DNA from: a virus
DNA: 64,000 bases
Virus record (IMG/VR): IMGVR_UViG_3300035682_000004
Strand: one strand, 5' to 3'
Below are positions 63,138 through 64,000 of the stretch, one piece after another; the stretch's first letter is position 1, and each line of letters starts with the position of its first letter. Both the position numbers and the translations under genes were made by a program. The notes below the pieces were generated by a model. That model worked only from the letters and a program-made list of their open reading frames with translations. It was not told the DNA's origin and searched no databases.

Positions 63138-63430
63138 GATTAAAAGCAGAATTTAACGCTGTAATTGTAAAGCCTAAAGACGAACAAGAAGAAACATACG
63201 GTTCGCTTTACATTCCTGATTTAGGAAAAGAAAAAAATTTGTCAGGAGAAATCGTATCAATCGGTCCTGGTCATTATTCAGTAACTGGAGTTTGGATACC
63301 TACAGTATTAAAAGTAGGACAACAAGTAATTTTGCCTCAAATGGGTCCAGTAAAAGTAGAACATGAAGGAGTAGAATATTATGTTTGTCCTGAAAATCAA
63401 GTATTAGCAACATTAAACGAAGAAGAATAA
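63134..63430 (+). CDS. groES: Co-chaperonin GroES
   Basis: VIVKP, GSLYIPD, GEIVSIGPG, LKVGQQV and ENQVLA motifs. Confidence 0.9.
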   Translation: MRLKAEFNAVIVKPKDEQEETYGSLYIPDLGKEKNLSGEIVSIGPGHYSVTGVWIPTVLKVGQQVILPQMGPVKVEHEGVEYYVCPENQVLATLNEEE

Positions 63431-63431
63431 T

Positions 63432-64000
63432 ATGAGCAAACAAGTTATAGTAATAGGTAGTGAAGCTAGAGAGCGCTTAGTAAGTGGTATTAATACATTA
63501 GCTGATGCTGTTACAAGTACATTAGGACCAAATGGTCGAAATGTAGTTTATACAGATGGTCAGTCAGTGTTTTCTACTAAAGACGGAGTGACAGTAGCTA
63601 AAAATATTAACTACTTAGAGGATCCAATCGAGGAATTGGGTATCAAAATGATTAAACAAGCTGCTATTAAGACAGCAGACAACGCAGGTGATGGAACAAC
63701 TACATCTACTTTATTAGCACAATCAATGGTTAACGCTGGATTAAATCATTTAAACAATGGTTCAAATGCAGTTGAAATTAAAAGAGGAATTGATAGAGCA
63801 GTTAAACAATTAGTTGAGTCACTTCGTAAAGAATTAAAAGAAGATATTTCATCTGAAGAACAATTAGAACAAGTAGCTACTATTTCAGCAAACAATGATC
63901 CAGAAATTGGAAAAATGATAGCTGAAGCAATGAAAAAAGTAGGTCGTGAAGGTGTTGTTCATGTTGAAGAATCTAAAACAGGAGAAACATATCTTGAAAC
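63432..64000 (+). CDS. groEL: Chaperonin GroEL (3' end truncated by the window; not in the ORF track)
   Basis: MSKQVIVIGSEARERLVSGINTLADAVTSTLGPNGRNV, TKDGVTVAK, AGDGTTT and VATISANND. Confidence 0.95.
   Translation, partial: MSKQVIVIGSEARERLVSGINTLADAVTSTLGPNGRNVVYTDGQSVFSTKDGVTVAKNINYLEDPIEELGIKMIKQAAIKTADNAGDGTTTSTLLAQSMVNAGLNHLNNGSNAVEIKRGIDRAVKQLVESLRKELKEDISSEEQLEQVATISANNDPEIGKMIAEAMKKVGREGVVHVEESKTGETYLE

Noticed and set aside
1-64000. Alternative genetic code (stop-codon reassignment)
   Set aside because: Standard-code ORFs tile the window densely with full-length genes, and TAA, TAG and TGA all occur as stops.

Overview
This window is a 64 kb segment of a large, AT-rich, T4-like myovirus genome. 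Every credible gene is on the + strand. The host is probably in Bacteroidota, judged from a recurring TTGG-N18/19-TAnATT promoter and the absence of Shine-Dalgarno motifs. Left half (1-39.4 kb): the 3' end of the major capsid gene, PhoH, neck and tail-terminator genes, and three giant proline-free (Ser-Gly-X)n fibre genes (2357, 1999 and 1311 aa). Two glycosyltransferase genes sit between the second and third fibre genes. Then come the sheath, tube, a gp26-like gene with a probable programmed frameshift, the tape measure and the baseplate genes. Right half: a compact PolA-like gene, SSB, RecA/UvsX, 5'-3' exonuclease, DnaB, a class II RNR, and a vWA-metallopeptidase/AAA module. These are followed by a 7-deazaguanine cluster (divergent TGT/DpdA-like gene, QueC lacking its Zn ligands, QueD, QueE, FolE, with HPRT and two thioredoxins embedded), a dUTPase/dCTP deaminase-family gene, PolB, a sliding clamp, GroES and GroEL (truncated by the window). 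The strongest candidates for new biology are a phage-encoded glycosylated Ser-Gly-X fibre system, an atypical deazaguanine pathway, a +1/-2 frameshift upstream of the tape measure, and late-expressed LxE-tagged proteins that may be packaged in the head. All product calls come from motif recognition only; no database searches were run.
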